This document shows, piece after piece, positions 1 to 13,400 of a DNA stretch of 55,653 bases (positions are counted from its first letter, which is position 1; the number at the start of each line of letters is the position of its first letter). Below the pieces are notes generated by a model. The model made no database searches and had not been told where the DNA came from. It saw only the letters and a list, made by a program, of their open reading frames with translations. Source of the stretch: Bigelowiella natans CCMP2755. Taxonomy: Eukaryota > Protista > Cercozoa. A program made the translations under genes and the position numbers. The stretch lies in NCBI GenBank assembly GCA_000320545.1, contig ADNK01000880.1:1-55653 (forward strand). The letters are read 5' to 3'.

Positions 1-330
1 GTGGCAAATTGCTAATAATATTAAAAAAGATATCAAACTCTCTCCTGAGATCTAAATCGAAATAGTTCATTTATTACTAGACATAACACGTATCCGCACA
101 CTACTACCTTTATATCGCTCGACCATCATCGACACCTAACTCACGTATATATGAATGCCTAGCCTACAGCAAATACATTCGAAATATCCATCCCACTCTC
201 AAGCGAGGGAGTGGTGGCCAAAACAACAAGTTGAATGCGCCAGCTATCTCTATCTCGCTCTCTATTATGTATCTCTCATACTTCCAGAAAGTCTCTCGAA
301 CGCACAAGCGTCCTCTATCTCTCTCTCTGC

Positions 331-332
<2 letters not shown>

Positions 333-402
<70 letters not shown>
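333..402. repeat. (AT)n microsatellite, one example of many simple repeats in the window
   Basis: Directly visible. Similar (AT)n, (GT)n, (CT)n and trinucleotide tracts fill most introns. Confidence 0.95.
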
Positions 403-406
<4 letters not shown>

Positions 407-750
407 TATATATAGCGTACGCAGTTGGTGGTCGTCGTTTTTACCGGCTGGAAAGGCGCGGCATTCGCATTCAACTTGTTGCCTCTTCCCGCTCCTCGAG
501 CATTTCTCCCGGATCTTCCGCCTCGACCTCTCGACCTCCCGCCCCTACCTCTTGCTCCTGGTCCTTTGCCCCTACCTCTTGCCCCTGGTCCTTTGGTCCG
601 CTTGGAGGAGGTTTGCGCCTGATTGGGAGGCGCTGCGGCGGGTGTTAATGCTGCTGCTGCTGCTGCAGCTTTGGCAGCTGCTGCCGCCTCCGCCGCCTTT
701 TCCCTCTTCTCCTGCATTAACTCGGCAAATGTCTTGACCTTGAACGACAT
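403..750 (-). CDS. Small RGG-rich protein with PAM2-like motif (probably exon 1 of a gene continuing leftward)
   Basis: ATG at 750, MSFKVKTFAELMQEK; Ala-rich linker; RG/RGG repeats; KLNANAAPFQP matches PAM2 consensus LNxxAxxFxP. The ORF end runs into an (AT)n tract that is likely intronic. Confidence 0.65.
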
Positions 751-1188
751 GGTCGTGCCTCTTTGTTTTGACCCTTCTCTCTCTCCTCTCTTAATCTCTT
801 TGTTCCCTCAGAAACGGGGAGCGTGCGCTGGTAGGCGGGACCAGAGAAGATTAAGGGCTTGTGAATGGAGAAAATACATGTCAGATATGAGATGCGACAT
901 CAATATATTGATGTCGTACAGTAAAAACATAAAGGTTTGGAGCAACTACATTTTGACCCCAAAACATCTGGGATCGTTCTCCTACTCCTCCAGGTGTCAT
1001 TGGCAGTTGATACACGTGCTGGTCTGTGGAGTCACGAAAATCTTTTTCGGCCATGCAGTGTGCAACGAGATGTCACTTTTCGGCCATGGTCGGTGACATA
1101 CTTCCTAGAGGAAGGTGCATAACAAAGTGCATGAGGGTGAAGGTGCATGACATTTTCCCTCTACAGGCCTGTATAGAGTCCAGCTTGG

Positions 1189-1552
1189 GCTGGGCAGTGT
1201 GCCCTTGGATGATTTGCGTGTTATTTCACCTAAATGAAATGGAGATTCCTTATAGGCTTTCGGCAGACAAGATACGTTATACCGTTGTCTCTGCAGTAAA
1301 ATATACTCAAAATATAGCGTGTTTTAGTTCAAAACCGCAGAGCTGAATTGGTCCAATATGTTATGGCACTATCGCTTATGGAACTATCTAACTATCATCG
1401 GAGTTAAGAGCTGGGCAGTGTGCCCTTGGATGATTTGCGTGTTATTTCACCTAAATGAAGTAATGCCAAATTGGTCTTCGGAGTTAAGAGCTGGGCAGTG
1501 TGCCCTTGGATGAATTGCGTGTTATTTCACCTAAATCAAATGGAGATTCCTT
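1189..1552 (+). repeat. Three imperfect direct repeats of a 50-75 bp unit
   Basis: GCTGGGCAGTGTGCCCTTGGATGATTTGCGTGTTATTTCACCTAAAT in copies at about 1189-1251, 1398-1459 and 1478-1552; copies 2 and 3 have an 80 bp period. Confidence 0.9.
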
Positions 1553-1983
1553 GGACCGGAGAGAGTCTCAAATTCACCGCAAAATATGCAACATTTTATG
1601 TCTGAAATTTCCATGCTGAGACACACTTTCGATTCGTGTTCGGAGAGAGCGAAGGGAACGGCTCGCAGCGGCAGGTCGGCAGTGGTGGTGATGGTGGTGG
1701 TGGTGGTGGTGGTGGTGGTGGTGGTGGTAAGTTACGAGAGACTAGGGGGAGCTGGGGAATGATACAATTAAAATGTACTCGTGAGAAACACTTGGAGAGG
1801 TCGCTATTTGGTAAGGAGAAAGCGCACAGAACAGTCGAGCCTCATTCTCTAATGCCCGTATCGAATAATAGGCTAGAAGGCTTTCCTTGGCTAGCCACCC
1901 ACAGGACCTACACGCAGAGAAAACAACGCCTTTCATTCATTGGAGTTTGGAGCAACTACTTTTTTGGTCCAGCAGCTCGTACC

Positions 1984-2257
1984 ATGCCCAATGCAAGGAA
2001 TCGTAAGGTCAGGCGACGAAAGCTTTTGCGCCATGATGAGAGTGTCCGCCTGATGACTGTATGTGCAACTCGTTTAATTCCAGGCGATGAAGAAGAAAAA
2101 AGAGGCTGAAAGAGTGAAAGCTCTTGAAGGTCTCTTGTCTTTTATACATGAAAGAATTACTTTATCAGGACTAGAAAATTGACAAAATAATCCTTAGCGG
2201 CCAAGAGGCTCAAAGCGTCACGTGAGGACGAGGTGATCTCATACAGCCATCCGACAT

Positions 2258-2347
<90 letters not shown>

Positions 2348-3493
2348 GTGTGCGGCCGTGGGGGGGAACAGATGTCTTTTCTCTTGTGCTGATTTAAGAC
2401 TGTGTTTATCATTAATATTGCGTAGTCAAAGGAGGCAAAACATGAGTCAAGGGATTCGAAGAAGACAACGGCGACGACAAGTGGTGGATCCCAGAAACCG
2501 CTACCCCTAGGTGTTTTCGTCTATTCTATTCCATGTTTAATTAAATGAAATACATATGATTGAGATTATAAGGCGACGACGACGATGATGATGATGATTA
2601 TATATCCGTCACATAAATTATTGGTGATAATAATGACGTTAGACAAATTGCAAGAGATAATTACCACCGCCCATGAGAAGCTCTTTCGCAGATTCACCCC
2701 CGACGAGCACAAAGAGCTCCATGTAACTACTACTGCTAATACTACTACTACTACCACTACTACTATGACTTACTCTTTAACAAATGATGCCTTCTTCGAG
2801 CAAAGACAAAGGCGCCGGGACACGTACATGAACGATATGCATATTTACATATACAAAATACACACACGCGTGGATACGATGGAGAGGATTTTACATGGTT
2901 ATCGATTGTCGTGATCTAAGTACGACAACAATATCTTCTTATAATCTCGCCCTCCTATACCGCACAACGAGAATCATCGCTGCTCTTTTGACAACACCTA
3001 AGAATATGCACGTGATGATGAGCACATACACACGCACACATGCGGCGAGTAACGCATAATAACGCGCAGGAGAAGTACCTTGGCGAAAAACCCTTTCCCC
3101 ATCTGCAACTTGAGAATTTCTTGAACGAAGACTTCGCCCGCCTCCTCAAGGTGATAGGAGCGTAATTTCGACTAACCTCATTAATTACTAAGAATATATC
3201 CTCTCCGAATCTTTGTGGCCGTTGTTGTCGTTCGTCGTCTTCGAGTCGTTGCGATTAGTTGTTCGGGAATATTGTTTTAGTTTGATATTTAATTCCTCAA
3301 CTTGTGCATGTGTTGGCGTATCACCTTGACTCATTTTGGCTCATCATCCGTATTATCGTGCGTACGTGTGTGTGTTGTCGTCGGTCACTCACTCACTTGC
3401 TGCTGCGTACATCGAAAGGATGAGCTGCTACACGAAGAGTTCTATCAGAAGTCCAACGATCTTTACGATTTCTCCCAGGTACGTGTGTGTGTG

Positions 3494-3530
<37 letters not shown>

Positions 3531-3944
3531 ATGAATAGTGATATTTCGACAGACGAAGGATCTTCGGAACTGCAGCCAGCCATTGATCAGCAAGTTCAAG
3601 AATATCATTGCGGTTCTGTGAACAACTCCTCCTATTACAACTACTACTACTACTACCACAAATACTGCTGCTGCTGCTACTACTACTGATTAGGCACAGT
3701 AGTGTGCTGTAATGATAAATGAATGCGAGCAATAACTTATGATGACCACCACAATAATGAAAATTATAGTCATTCTCTGAGGATGTTAAGGCAATCACAA
3801 ACGCCAAGTTAGAGCCGCAGTTCGACCTGTTTGGTGCGATCTACTCTAAGGTATCATCATCGTTATTATTTGCATTCTTGCATGCACACTGCCTGCTGTT
3901 TGTCTGGATGGATAACGACACGGTAGGACGAGAACTTGCACGCC

Positions 3945-3995
<51 letters not shown>

Positions 3996-5710
3996 TGTTT
4001 GTATTTATGTATAGTTGTTCAACCATTATTCCCCTCTGTCCCTCCTCTCCCCTCCCCATGATCTTTCCCAGACGTGCAAACTGCTCTGCCACGATGACCG
4101 CATGCCAGGAAGAAAAATCGCGTAATAACACGAGTATTGGAGAAATTAGTCTGATGGTGCGGTGATGATAGTGATGGCGACGACGACGATGGGGAAGGCC
4201 AAAGAAGGGCGTTGTGGCTCATTTCGTCGCTCTTTTGCTACAGATAACCACGACCACCGCCGTTGTCATCATCATCATCATCATTATCCTCATCCTCATC
4301 ACATTCATTGATACTAAAAGGTACATTTACTACTTGGTTCCTGAGGACTGGAGCGAGGATGATGGCGGCGCGCTTGATCTGTTCCACTCAGAAGGGACGG
4401 GGGGGCACCATGACGGAAACTTCGTAATTAGTGATAATACTAATAACAGGAGGAAGAAGAAGAAGAAGAAGAAGAAGAAGAAGGAGAATATGATAGCCGA
4501 CAACTGCTGAGTTGCATGCGTAATCAGAAATAACAACGGGAGCATCTTTCTATTGCTCGCCCTCCTCCTCCTCACTTCTTTCCTCTCTCTCTCTCCTTCG
4601 TGTCTGAGGGGGTTACTTATTGCTGTTATTATTCTAACAGCAACCAGTATCCGTAGCAAAGTCCTTCCTGCCAAAGTGGAACTCTGTTATCTTTTTCGAG
4701 GTAGTAGTAGGCACATAGGAAGTAGTAGTAGTAGTAGTAGTAGTAATAGGAGGAGGAGGAGGAGTTGGAGAAGGGAGGAGAAATGCGAGCAATAGTATTT
4801 GCTTTCCCCCCCCTCTCCTCATTCATCTCTTTCCTGTTGCGGTGCCAATCGCTTTCCGGCGTACTTGTGCAGGTAAATCGTAAGTCCTTCCATCAAGTCA
4901 ACGAGGTACTATATCGGATGCATCATAGCTTGGAGGAGGAGGGGGAGGGGGGGAACATTGTTATCATCATCACCATCATCATCATTATCATCATCATCAT
5001 TGTCATCATCATCATCATCATCAATCGCCAGATTCTTTCCAAGAAGGCACGCGTTTCAATCGCGGGATGGTTCTACGGCCCCACCATCGACTCAAAGACA
5101 GAGTACAACCAATTAACAACCAATACTCAAACAGCCAGGGGAGGGAGAGGGGGGGGGCAACGACGACGACATGCTATGTGTCAGTCTTGAGTGGAAAGGT
5201 GAGAGGTGGAAGAACGACCAATGAGAAGGAGAGAGAGTTGTCCTGTAATAATTGCTAAGTATCTTCTTCTCACACACAGGGTTGAGCTACCACAGCCGAT
5301 ATATGTTGCTCCTTCTTCATTGCCAGAGCAGTCTCTCCCATCCTCCTCCTCCTCCTCCTCCTCCTCCTCCTCGTCATCGCTACTGGACACATGGGTACTG
5401 AGCAGTGAGTGGTAGCAGCGGAGAAATCATAGCAGTAGAGTATTACGCCGCATCATACAACGCTTAACCCCAACGTGAATATTATTATTTTGTATATACG
5501 TGCTTTGCGCGTGGTGTGTGCTGTAGGTCGGGCGTGTGTACAGGAAACCGAACATGATGAAGAAAGTCCGGAAGGCTTTCTTGGTATACAAATAATCAAA
5601 AAAAGACCCAAAAAACGCACAAAGTAAACAACAGGCGTCCAGCGGCTGAGAAGGGGGTGCTATAGCATTGTACGCTGCTGTTATCAGGGTGGTGGTGGTG
5701 GTGATGGTGG

Positions 5711-5741
<31 letters not shown>

Positions 5742-6131
5742 ATGATGTGCCGTTTCTCCTATTTTCCTCCTCCTCCTCCTCCTCCTCCTCATAGGACGAG
5801 TCGTCGATTGAGCTTCGCAACTTTCTACGGAAGGATAAGTACGAGGCCCTCGCAGCAGCTTTCGAGGCTGCAGACGGCAAGGTAGTAGTAGTAGTAGCAC
5901 CACCATTTCGATGTCCTCGATTATCCCATCACTCGCTCTTTCCTCCGCTGCGCACAAGAAGAAGAAGAAGAAGAAGAAGAAGAAGAAGGAACGAAGAGGA
6001 GCAGGGAGGACCTTCCACGTCCTGCACTTCAGATGCTCTGATATAATAAACGTCGGTGTTACGATGATACTGCTTGTACCTTTGCGTGATCGCTGGTGTG
6101 CTCCCACCCATCCACTCATTGATTGATTGTC

Positions 6132-6164
<33 letters not shown>

Positions 6165-7368
6165 ATTACTACCCAGGAGGCGTACAGGCATGTTGGCCCT
6201 CTCCACAGACAAAGCTACCTATGCTTGTCAGGGTTCTCTTCCGAGGACAAGGAGGGCAGCAGCGGCAGTAGCAGCAGCAGTAGCAGCAGCAGTGCTAACA
6301 AGAAGAAGAACGATGGCGATGGTGATAGGAACCAAGCTCCTCCCACCTCTACAACGCCGGTGATGATGTCAATTGACGATGATGACGGCAACGACGACGA
6401 TCGAAAGGGCAGGGCAGCAGCGAGGGGAGGGGCGGGGACGAAGACGAAGGGCAACGATGCGGTGCAGCAGAGCAAAGAAGAGCTGTTACTACGAAGTTTT
6501 AAGGCCTTCATCGCCTCCAGGGAATTCGCAGGTAGTAGGTTCTCTTAGAGGGGTTAAGTGCCGGTAGTAATGGGTAGATGCAGGTAGCAGTCGAAGAAGA
6601 AGAAGAAGAAATTGGAAGGAGGAGGAATTATTTTCACTTCAGTAGATGGACTATGCCCCCCCCCCCGTAGCCCCTTGGTTGTTGATAATTGCGATATGAA
6701 ATAATATCGGTTGGGGTGTTGGCAGGCCTTCTCGAGCAGCTAACAGGGATTTCCCTAACGGAAGTATCATTCGAGTTTCGCAGATTTGACAAGGGTGATG
6801 ATGATAATAGCACACGAAAACCACATAAAACCACAAAAAACTATTGGTGATCTGTGCAAATGGAAGTTGGAGTGAGTGCTCCATCTATCCTTTTTATATT
6901 CTTCCCCCACCCCCCCTCTTTCTGCCCCCTTCCTTCTTTTCTGAACGGTGAGAGAGCATAACCGTCGTCGCATCACCAATCATCGCTGGTAGTGAGGAGG
7001 ACACGTTCTTGCGCGTCGTACATAACACCGTAGGGAAACACTACACGCTCGCTAATGATGAGGACCCTTTCATGAAGTCGGAGGGGTAAGAGAAGAAGGA
7101 GGAGGAGGAGGAGGAGGACAAATGATATTCTCATAAATAAAGCGTGCGCATACTGAAGGCTGCGTCGTCACCATCATCGTCATCACCATCGTCATCATCG
7201 TCGTCATCATCATGAAAACAGGAAGAAACACCCTCCACAATACAGGCTGGACGTCGTCCTCTGCTGTACCTCACCCCCACGAGGGGGGGGGGGGGGGGCT
7301 TCGTGGAACCTGAGTCACGGCGGGAGCGTCCACTACATCGATGGGGAGGACGAGCTCCTAACGGTAGC

Positions 7369-7399
<31 letters not shown>

Positions 7400-8217
7400 C
7401 CTAGCTGGGGTTAGACCTCCTTGTTACTCAGATGCGCGATGTTGTTGTCGCTGTTGATGATGATAATGATGATGATGATGATGATGATGACGCCGACGAC
7501 GAGACGGAAGAGGATGGTGAGGAGGAGGAAGAGGAGGGTGGTGGTGGTGGTCAAGATGAAGATCACGAAGAGAGGAAGATGAAGATGATGATCATGATGA
7601 CGGAGATGATGATGCAAAAGATTATATATCCAAAGCACATAAATACACATTCATACACACGCACACGTACACCCACCCACACACACACAAATATTGACTC
7701 ACCGACGATTGATGGAATTATGGATAGTGGTGCTGCTGATTATCATCGTCATTCAGCTGTTCGCTACTGTGACTATTTCTTCTTCTTCTTCTTCTTCTTC
7801 TTCTCGCAGGTAGAGCCCAGTGCCAACACACTCTCGCTCATATATAGAGCAGAAGCAGGAACTAGCAGATTCGTCAAGTCCGTACAGAAACAACAGAGCA
7901 CTACACGCGTCTCTCATTGCTATCTTACTATTTAGTTAGTGTAGTGCTATGCTACCACCTCTAATAGAGAAAAAGTAGATCAAACGGCATGATGGAGGAT
8001 GAGGCTGGATGGTTGTGGTGATGTGCTGCTGCTACGAGAGAGCAAATGCAAAATCAAAGATATTATAGATCTGATTAGGCTCTCCTCCTACCATCAATCT
8101 GTTTGTTGTGTCAGGTATGTCAACGCGACGGCACCAGCATCGAGGCTGGACGTTGCCTGCACATTTCGCTGCAAAGAGGAGGATGAAGACGAGGACGAGG
8201 AGGGGGGTGACGAGGCA

Positions 8218-8220
<3 letters not shown>
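1984..8220 (+). CDS. OGFOD1: Prolyl 3-hydroxylase OGFOD1/Tpa1 (2OG-Fe(II) oxygenase acting on uS12), multi-exon
   Basis: Manually spliced exons: MPNARNRK|AMKKKKEAERVKALE, KPFPHLQLENFL, EEFYQKSNDLYDFSQ, LLCHDD (HxD), YIYYLVPEDWSEDDGGALDLF, WNSVIFFEV, SFHQVNE, ARVSIAGWFYGP; stop at 8220. Outer coordinates inferred. Confidence 0.88.
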
Positions 8221-8283
<63 letters not shown>

Positions 8284-8844
8284 ACGGGAGAGCATTGATG
8301 CGAGGCAGCTAATTAATTAGATTATAATTAGTTTTGACTTGTTTAAACTATAGACACTGTATTACGCCGCATATTGTGATTATGTCGCTCACATATTGCG
8401 TGCATTTTATACGTTGTTTCTATTGCCTAACGCGATAACTTCTGTGCTAATATACCTGCTCGTGCATGAAACACACAATGATAAGAAGAGAGCGCGGCAT
8501 GTCGGACATATTTCAATAATGGAAACAACGCTGTACCAAGCATGATGATGCAAATGTAGCATAAATCGTTGAATTTTTATTAGCAGCTGCTGCTCATTTG
8601 CCTTGTGTTCTACAAGTGCATTACAAGTGCATGCAATAAGTCACATGCATCTCACTGACACAAATCTAGAAATCCTGCTAGCCTGCTCAAATTCATAAAT
8701 ATGAAACGCTAGAAAGCCTATGTAGATAGAAAGTGCACAATCGCAGCGGCTTTATGAACCAGCTACTCAGCTACTGTTGCACATAGTGCCATCATCGCCT
8801 CATAAACGAAAACACCTATTGCACAGTGCCATTATCATTGCAAT

Positions 8845-8905
8845 GCAGCTACATTAGGATGACCATTGATCAATTTAAATTAATCATTACATCCATCTCA
8901 CATAG
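8845..8905 (+). repeat. Dispersed degenerate intergenic repeat, copy 1
   Basis: CTACATTAGGATGAC...CATTACATCCATCTCA aligns with the copies at 29421, 38001, 47660 and 53608 (minus). Confidence 0.6.
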
Positions 8906-9310
8906 TACCATGATCGTCACAAATAAAAAACAAGCAGATCTAGACATGAAAAGCTTGGCATTTTCACCTTATTGCGATGCATGTATTAAGTTAATTCTAT
9001 CTAGCTAATTGTACAAATATGCACATATAGAGAGCCACAACAGCGCTCCCAATAGCTAGATATTGCTTCATGCATAGCGCAAGCAAGTGTAGCTATCATT
9101 CTATTATAAGCATTATCGTTGCCACTAATTGTCTTGTAACAACGTCGTGTTATTATTTACAACCACGTCTATGTCAGGCGCATGAGCACTTACACATTAT
9201 CTAGGGTGCCATTTAGGTTTTTCCTCTAGTCACGGCCGCGGCATCGTGTGTAATAGCGCGCGAGAGAGGACTTTCAGCACGTGCATCAGTTTGAAACAAG
9301 CACTGTCGTC

Positions 9311-10406
9311 TCAAATCGTACCTACTAACCTGGGGTGATATCCAGCATAGTCGAAGATATCTCGGGCCAAACTGGGCAGGTTCAATCTTACATCTTGCAG
9401 GAGGAACCTCACCGCAGCTCTGAAAAGCTCAAGTCGTTCCTACATGGCATTGTGATACATGGAGAATTGATAATAAGAAGGGATGCACGTGCGAATTTCT
9501 CACTCATCGAGATCAGTACAGCAGCGACAACTCGAAGCGGGCGTTAAAAGCTTGGGTCATTGTAAGAAAATGTTATTATATACTCTATATATGGGAATAA
9601 TTCGATTGTCACCGCCATCTGCACCGGCAATAGATACAAGCAAGTAGCACAGATGTAAACAGTACCTCAAGTTGTAGGCGCACCCTCTCCTTGAGTTCTT
9701 CACCTTTCACCATGTCCAGAATGCGGACGACCGTCGTTTGTGCTGCCGCTATCGACGACGACGACGACGACGAAGACGACGACGGTGAGGAGCTCTTTCT
9801 CTCGATGCCGGCTACTGCCGGCACATTATCCGTGCTTGTTTTGGCGGGGGCGGACCCTCGGCTTTGAGGGGCGGCAGCTGTCGCATTATTCGCAATCGTG
9901 GTCGTCTTTCCATCGAGGGAAGCTGCTGCTGCCACGGTAATTCGCCGCGCCTCTTCCACGTTTGTCGTCGGGTCCATGATTAGGCGGCGCAGAAACCGAA
10001 ACACTTGATTAAGAGGAACCGGGCTGTTGCCGGGGGGTTTGTTCGCTATACCAACTGCCTGCGAGAGGCACGAAATCACCAGCTCCTGCCCACGTTCCTG
10101 GTACTTAAATTGGGAATTCACATCGGCGTTGGCTTCGAGGAGGGAGCACAGAGTTTCGTACCTGCACGGTCGTCATTTAATTTCATGGTGTGTTGTTTAA
10201 TGATGATAATAATAATGATGATGAGAAAAAGCAAGAAGACGCCCGGGAGGAGAGTTGAGAAGAATGAGTGAGATTCTGGGAAGGAGGAGGAGGAGGAGGA
10301 CATTTTGGGAAAAACAGTAACAGAAACACCACCACTCAAGCATAGACAGTTGTAGTCGTAATAAAAGTCATTGTACTAGCCGTAGTAGTTGTGTTGTATA
10401 AATAAT

Positions 10407-10448
<42 letters not shown>

Positions 10449-13400
10449 GGCCTCTATGCTGCAGCGGGCAGAGCAGGCAGGAGATGGGCAAGCAAACCTC
10501 TTATTCGCGAGGGCGAGAAGTAGCGGGGTGTTGTGCCATTTGTCCCGGCAGTTGACTGAAGCACCCCTCTCTGCCAGCAGCCGCACGACGTTTGCATGGC
10601 CGTTTATGGTGGCCAGACAAACCGCTGTGGAATCACCGCTTTTCTCTTTGGCCTCGAGATCGAGACTTATTACCTCTCCACATCCGTCCACCATTGCTGG
10701 GTGCTGACCACCTAATGCTGCTGCTGCTGCTGCTGCTGCTGCGGCGGCGGCGGCGGTGTCTCTCCTCACGTCGTGCTTTTTCTCGGGGACGATATTACCA
10801 CCACTACTACTGCTATCTACTGTGTTGGTGGGAAAGGCCGATAAGAGCTTTCTTAGAATCCCAACGTGGTTGTTAGCAGCAGCAAACATCAAGGTAGTCC
10901 AGCCACTAGCTTGAGCTTTGTTAATATCAAACAAGGGACGCTGCTGCTGATCTTCCTCCTCCTCCTTCTCCTCCTGCTCCTCCTCCTCTCCCCTCCCTTT
11001 CCTGCTGGTACGAACACCGCGGTGGCGACGGCCTCTACTCGTTGCTTCCACCAGCAGCACGTCGAAGACCTCCTCATGGCCATATCTTGCAGCTAGCATG
11101 AGCTCATTTATACCGCCACGCGCCTCGCTGTAGGTGCTTGACCCCAGCTGAGCCTTGGCCTCGAGAAGCATTTGGAGGCAGCGGAGCCGGCCTCGCTTGC
11201 AGCAGGTCATCAACGGCGAGAAACCCAACGATGGTGAGGTAAGGTTCACGTCGGCGTTGGCTGCTATCTGGAGGAGGAGGAGGAGGAGAAGGGGGAGGGG
11301 CAGCGACAACAACACAGAAAAATAAGAAGAAGAGAAAGAGGACGACAACGAACTCGAGCGGGAGGGGAAAGCAGAGTTGCGCTGCAATTTGCTGCTGCAG
11401 CACAGGAAAGGAGGGAGAACTGAACACGGCAGCAGAGCAGCAATTCAAGCACCACCACGCTACTACCAAATCCTTAGCAATATCAACGTGGCCCTTCATG
11501 CAAGCGAGGAGTAGCGGTGTCTCCTGTGCCTTGTTCTTAGCGTTTGCATCGGCCTTGGCTCCGACCAATATTTTAACCGACTTCGTGTCCCCAAGGAGCG
11601 CTGCGACAATGAGTGGTGGCTCTTGAGCCTCTCCACTCCTCACGTTTACCGTTCCATAGGGAATGAGGAGAGCAGCTACGTCTGACCTGTGGAGGAGGAG
11701 GAAGATGAGGAGGAGGAAAATACGGATCAATAGATGAATAATGAGTAAGTATTCAAGAAGGGAGGCTCACCTTCCACAATAGATAGCCATCGATAGGCCT
11801 GTCAACTGCTTTGAGATTTGACTTCGAGCATGGGCGTCGATGCTGCTAGCAGCCCTTCCTTGTGGACCGCCACCAACGTGCTGCAGCACCCTTTTTTCGC
11901 TGCCATTGTCATCGTCGTCGTCGTCGTCATCCTTATCATTGTCTGCATTGTCCTGGCTCCCTATCATAATCTCCCTTGACAGTATTGCATTCCACGCAAG
12001 TTGTTTCAATGGAACTTTGTCGTCGTCGTCGTCTGGGTGCTCGATGGTTTCCGTCCCTCTCCTCCTTTCTCCTTTTTTGCTCTCACCACTGCTGGAATTA
12101 GTCTCATTGCAGACCTCTTCCTTCCCTTCCTTCTCCTCATCCTCCTTCTCCTCCTCCCCCTCTCTTTTCTTCTTCTTCTTCTTCTTCTTCTTCTTCTTCT
12201 TCTCTTGCTTCACATCGGCAGCTTCTTCTCCCCTCCTTACCTTTTGGCTAACAGCGGCCAAAGGAGGCTCCCCTTCTGGCAGCACTTGGGACAGAATATG
12301 AGAGAAAGCACCTTTGAGCATGATATCGATGCAGTCCTTCCGAAGTGGGATAAGCAGCGGAGCCACCCTGTCAAGAACCGTCTTGATACGCTCCAACTCC
12401 TTGTTCAGAGGGTCCGTCAGCACTGCCGTCCATGAAAGCGACTGTGCCTCTTGAAGTGTTCTCCTCACCCTGATCGCCTCTCTCACCGTCTTGCGGGGAG
12501 AAAGAGGATAAGGACGGGGAGGGGAAGGGGCGGGGCAGGGCCGGGGCACGAAGTCGTCGGTGATAGACTTCATGAGGACGTGGAGGCGGGAAGACTCGAT
12601 GAACGGCATGCGTTTTATGCGGGGTAGTATCCCGACAGAAAGCTCGCGCTCTTTGCAGTTGTGGGGATAACAGGCCCCACATGAATCCCAATCACATATG
12701 CGGCAGCCCATGCTAAATCCAGGCTGGATTGGACCGTTGCATACATCGCACCCACCCCCCTGTTCCATTCGGCAGAGAATCAAAGGATGTGATGCTTGAG
12801 AGGAGGAGGAGGAGCACATCCTTGGGCCTTCTGTGACCAGAGCCTGAATCCCGTCCCCTCCATCACTATCTGCGTCTCTCCACCCCCCATCCTCTCCCGA
12901 GTTGATTCCGTATCCTCGCAGCTCGAGCCCGTTGGCCTTCCAAGCCTTGTTCATGGCATGGAGGAGGAGCTCCTTCCCGACGATCTCACACATGTACTCG
13001 TACAGAGGGGGTGATGACGCCCCCTCCCCCCCCCCTCCCCCACGCGCCATTTTTTGGTTCAGCTCCTCCATAAACTCTACTGGGACCAATTTGAAGCCGA
13101 ACCCGAATACTCGCCCGATTTCATCCGGGATCTCTGTTTTCCAAAGCCTATCAAAGCGCTTGATCTCCTCGTTCGTCAGCACGCAGCGCGCAGCTGAGAA
13201 CCGGTGCCGCTTGTCGTGGTTTATCCTGCTACTACGTGCAGCTGCCGCTGTTTCTGAGGTCTCGTCGTCGGTTGGTGGATGGGCCCGCTCCTCTCCTTGT
13301 TCTTCATGGTGTTTGGTGTAGCAGCTTAGACACAGTGCGAAGGTGGAGGGGCGGAAGGGATCTCCAAGATCCCGACCGCTAAGAGCGTATGGGCAGTCGG

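Noticed and set aside
1189-1552. CRISPR-like array
   Set aside because: Eukaryotic context, long units, irregular spacing and no cas genes.
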